DNA of 64,000 nucleotides from Candidatus Sericytochromatia bacterium (GTDB lineage Bacteria; Cyanobacteriota; Sericytochromatia; S15B-MN24; UBA4093): NCBI GenBank assembly GCA_036676985.1, contig JAKFBU010000039.1, positions 148,845 to 212,844 of the forward strand, read 5' to 3'. Shown piece by piece: positions 62,982 to 64,000 of this stretch (position 1 is its first letter; each line of letters starts with the position of its first letter). The notes under the pieces were generated by a model. It saw only the letters and a program-made list of their open reading frames with translations, ran no database searches and was not told where the DNA came from. The position numbers and the translations under genes were made by a program.

Positions 62982-63341
62982 TTACTGACCGAAGGTCTTC
63001 TTGAGCAGGGGCTCGATCTCGCCCTGCTCGGCCATCGGGTCGAGGATGTCGGTGTCGCCGAAAAACTCGCCGCCGATGAACACCTTGGGCAGGGTCGGCC
63101 AGTTGGTGCGGCTCGAGAGATATTCGCGCTTAGCCGGGTTGGGCAGCACGTCGATCACCTCGTAATCGTAGCCGTAGCGATCGAAGAACATCATGGTCTC
63201 ACGGGTGAAACCGCAGCGGGGCTGCTGCTTGGTGCCCTTGCCGTAGATGAGGATCTTGTGGGCGGCGATCTCCTGATCGACCTCCTGCTGGAGCTGCTCG
63301 GGGCTCGTGCCGGCCGGTGCGCTCGGCGTGGTATCCGCCAT
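62982..63341 (-). CDS. grxD: Monothiol glutaredoxin (Grx4 family)
   Basis: KGT..PRCGFT, WPTLP, GEFFG; start 63341 or 63356. Confidence 0.88.
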   Translation of the reverse strand: MADTTPSAPAGTSPEQLQQEVDQEIAAHKILIYGKGTKQQPRCGFTRETMMFFDRYGYDYEVIDVLPNPAKREYLSSRTNWPTLPKVFIGGEFFGDTDILDPMAEQGEIEPLLKKTFGQ

Positions 63342-63371
63342 TCTGAACTCGTTCATTCCTTATCCCTCTCT

Positions 63372-63611
63372 CTAGGCCTCGCTCTTGGTGGCCGTCTTGA
63401 TCTCCAGCGCGTGGATACGACCGTCCTTCATGGGCTCGTTCAGAGCCTGGTAGACCAGGCGCTGGCGATCCAGCAAATTCTTGCCCTGAAAGGCGTCGGA
63501 GACGACGCGGACGGCAAAGTGGTCGCGGGTCCCCGTCCGGTCCATGACCAGGACCTCGGCGTCGGGCATGGTCTGGTGGATGTAGGAGGTCAGCTCTTCG
63601 TTGGTGATCAT
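63372..63611 (-). CDS. bolA: BolA family protein
   Basis: DHF..VVSDAF.G..LLDRQRLVY..L...IHALEIKT. Confidence 0.9.
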   Translation of the reverse strand: MITNEELTSYIHQTMPDAEVLVMDRTGTRDHFAVRVVSDAFQGKNLLDRQRLVYQALNEPMKDGRIHALEIKTATKSEA

Positions 63612-63835
63612 GGCGGCAATCCTCGATGATAATCGGACAAATAAGGTCTTATTTGTAGGCTTCAACTCTAACCCAGAGGTTGAGGGGTGTCAAAGGGGCG
63701 GGCGGGCGCGTCGTGGGCGGGAAGCGACCGCGAGGCCCGTCATAACCTGATTTTTACGCGAAGCAACGGGGGGACTTTACTCCCTGAGAGGACTACGCTA
63801 TCATTAACACTCAGTCGCCGCCCAGCGCGGCGCTG

Positions 63836-63911
63836 GCGCTCGTAGCTCAGTGGATAGAGCAGCCGCCTTCTAAGCGGCTGGTCGCTGGTTCGATTCCAGC
63901 CGGGCGCGCCA
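63836..63911 (+). tRNA. tRNA-Arg(TCT)
   Basis: GCCGC-CTTCTAA-GCGGC anticodon arm; GTTCGATTCC; CCA. Confidence 0.96.
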
Positions 63912-63923
63912 GCTTCAACTTAT

Positions 63924-63997
63924 GGCGGGTGTAGCCAAGTGGTTAAGGCACCGGATTGTGGTTCCGGCATTCGAGGGTTCGATTCCCTTCATCCGCC
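63924..63997 (+). tRNA. tRNA-His(GTG)
   Basis: G-1:C73; CCGGA-TTGTGGT-TCCGG; GTTCGATTCC. Confidence 0.95.
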
Positions 63998-64000
63998 CCT

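Overview
High-GC Gram-negative bacterial chromosomal window. The gene style and frequent GCGATCGC octamer suggest a non-photosynthetic Cyanobacteriota relative, but that is inference only. Left to right: (1) the end of a partial Tad/Flp locus (cpaE-like, tadB-like) and two NHL-repeat lipoproteins. (2) At 4.4-18.8 kb, three tandem paralogous operons of secreted proteins. Five 'family A' proteins have variable central regions and a C-terminal domain resembling the Ca2+-dependent self-processing module (SPM) of FrpC, but with Ser-Pro in place of the scissile Asp-Pro. Three mosaic 'family B' partners follow them. (3) A near-complete Tad pilus operon at 20.2-28.8 kb with three Flp pilins and no prepilin peptidase. 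(4) A JAB-like protein, an orphan Dam methylase, an ABC-F ATPase and uppP. (5) tRNA-Pro and tRNA-Gly(TCC), then a lower-GC region (35.7-43.3 kb) in which 1-3-gene cassettes are separated by six tRNA-Gly-derived repeats. Five of these carry all or part of a ~22-nt hairpin insertion, and they decay with distance from the intact tRNA. This looks like an integron-like, tRNA-anchored cassette array, with no integrase in the window; its cargo includes a lipoprotein-signal-fused contractile tail-tube protein. (6) Mixed accessory and housekeeping genes, a duplicated putative sigma54-type small RNA, other ncRNA candidates, grx4-bolA, tRNA-Arg and tRNA-His. All family assignments come from motif recognition by eye; no searches were run.
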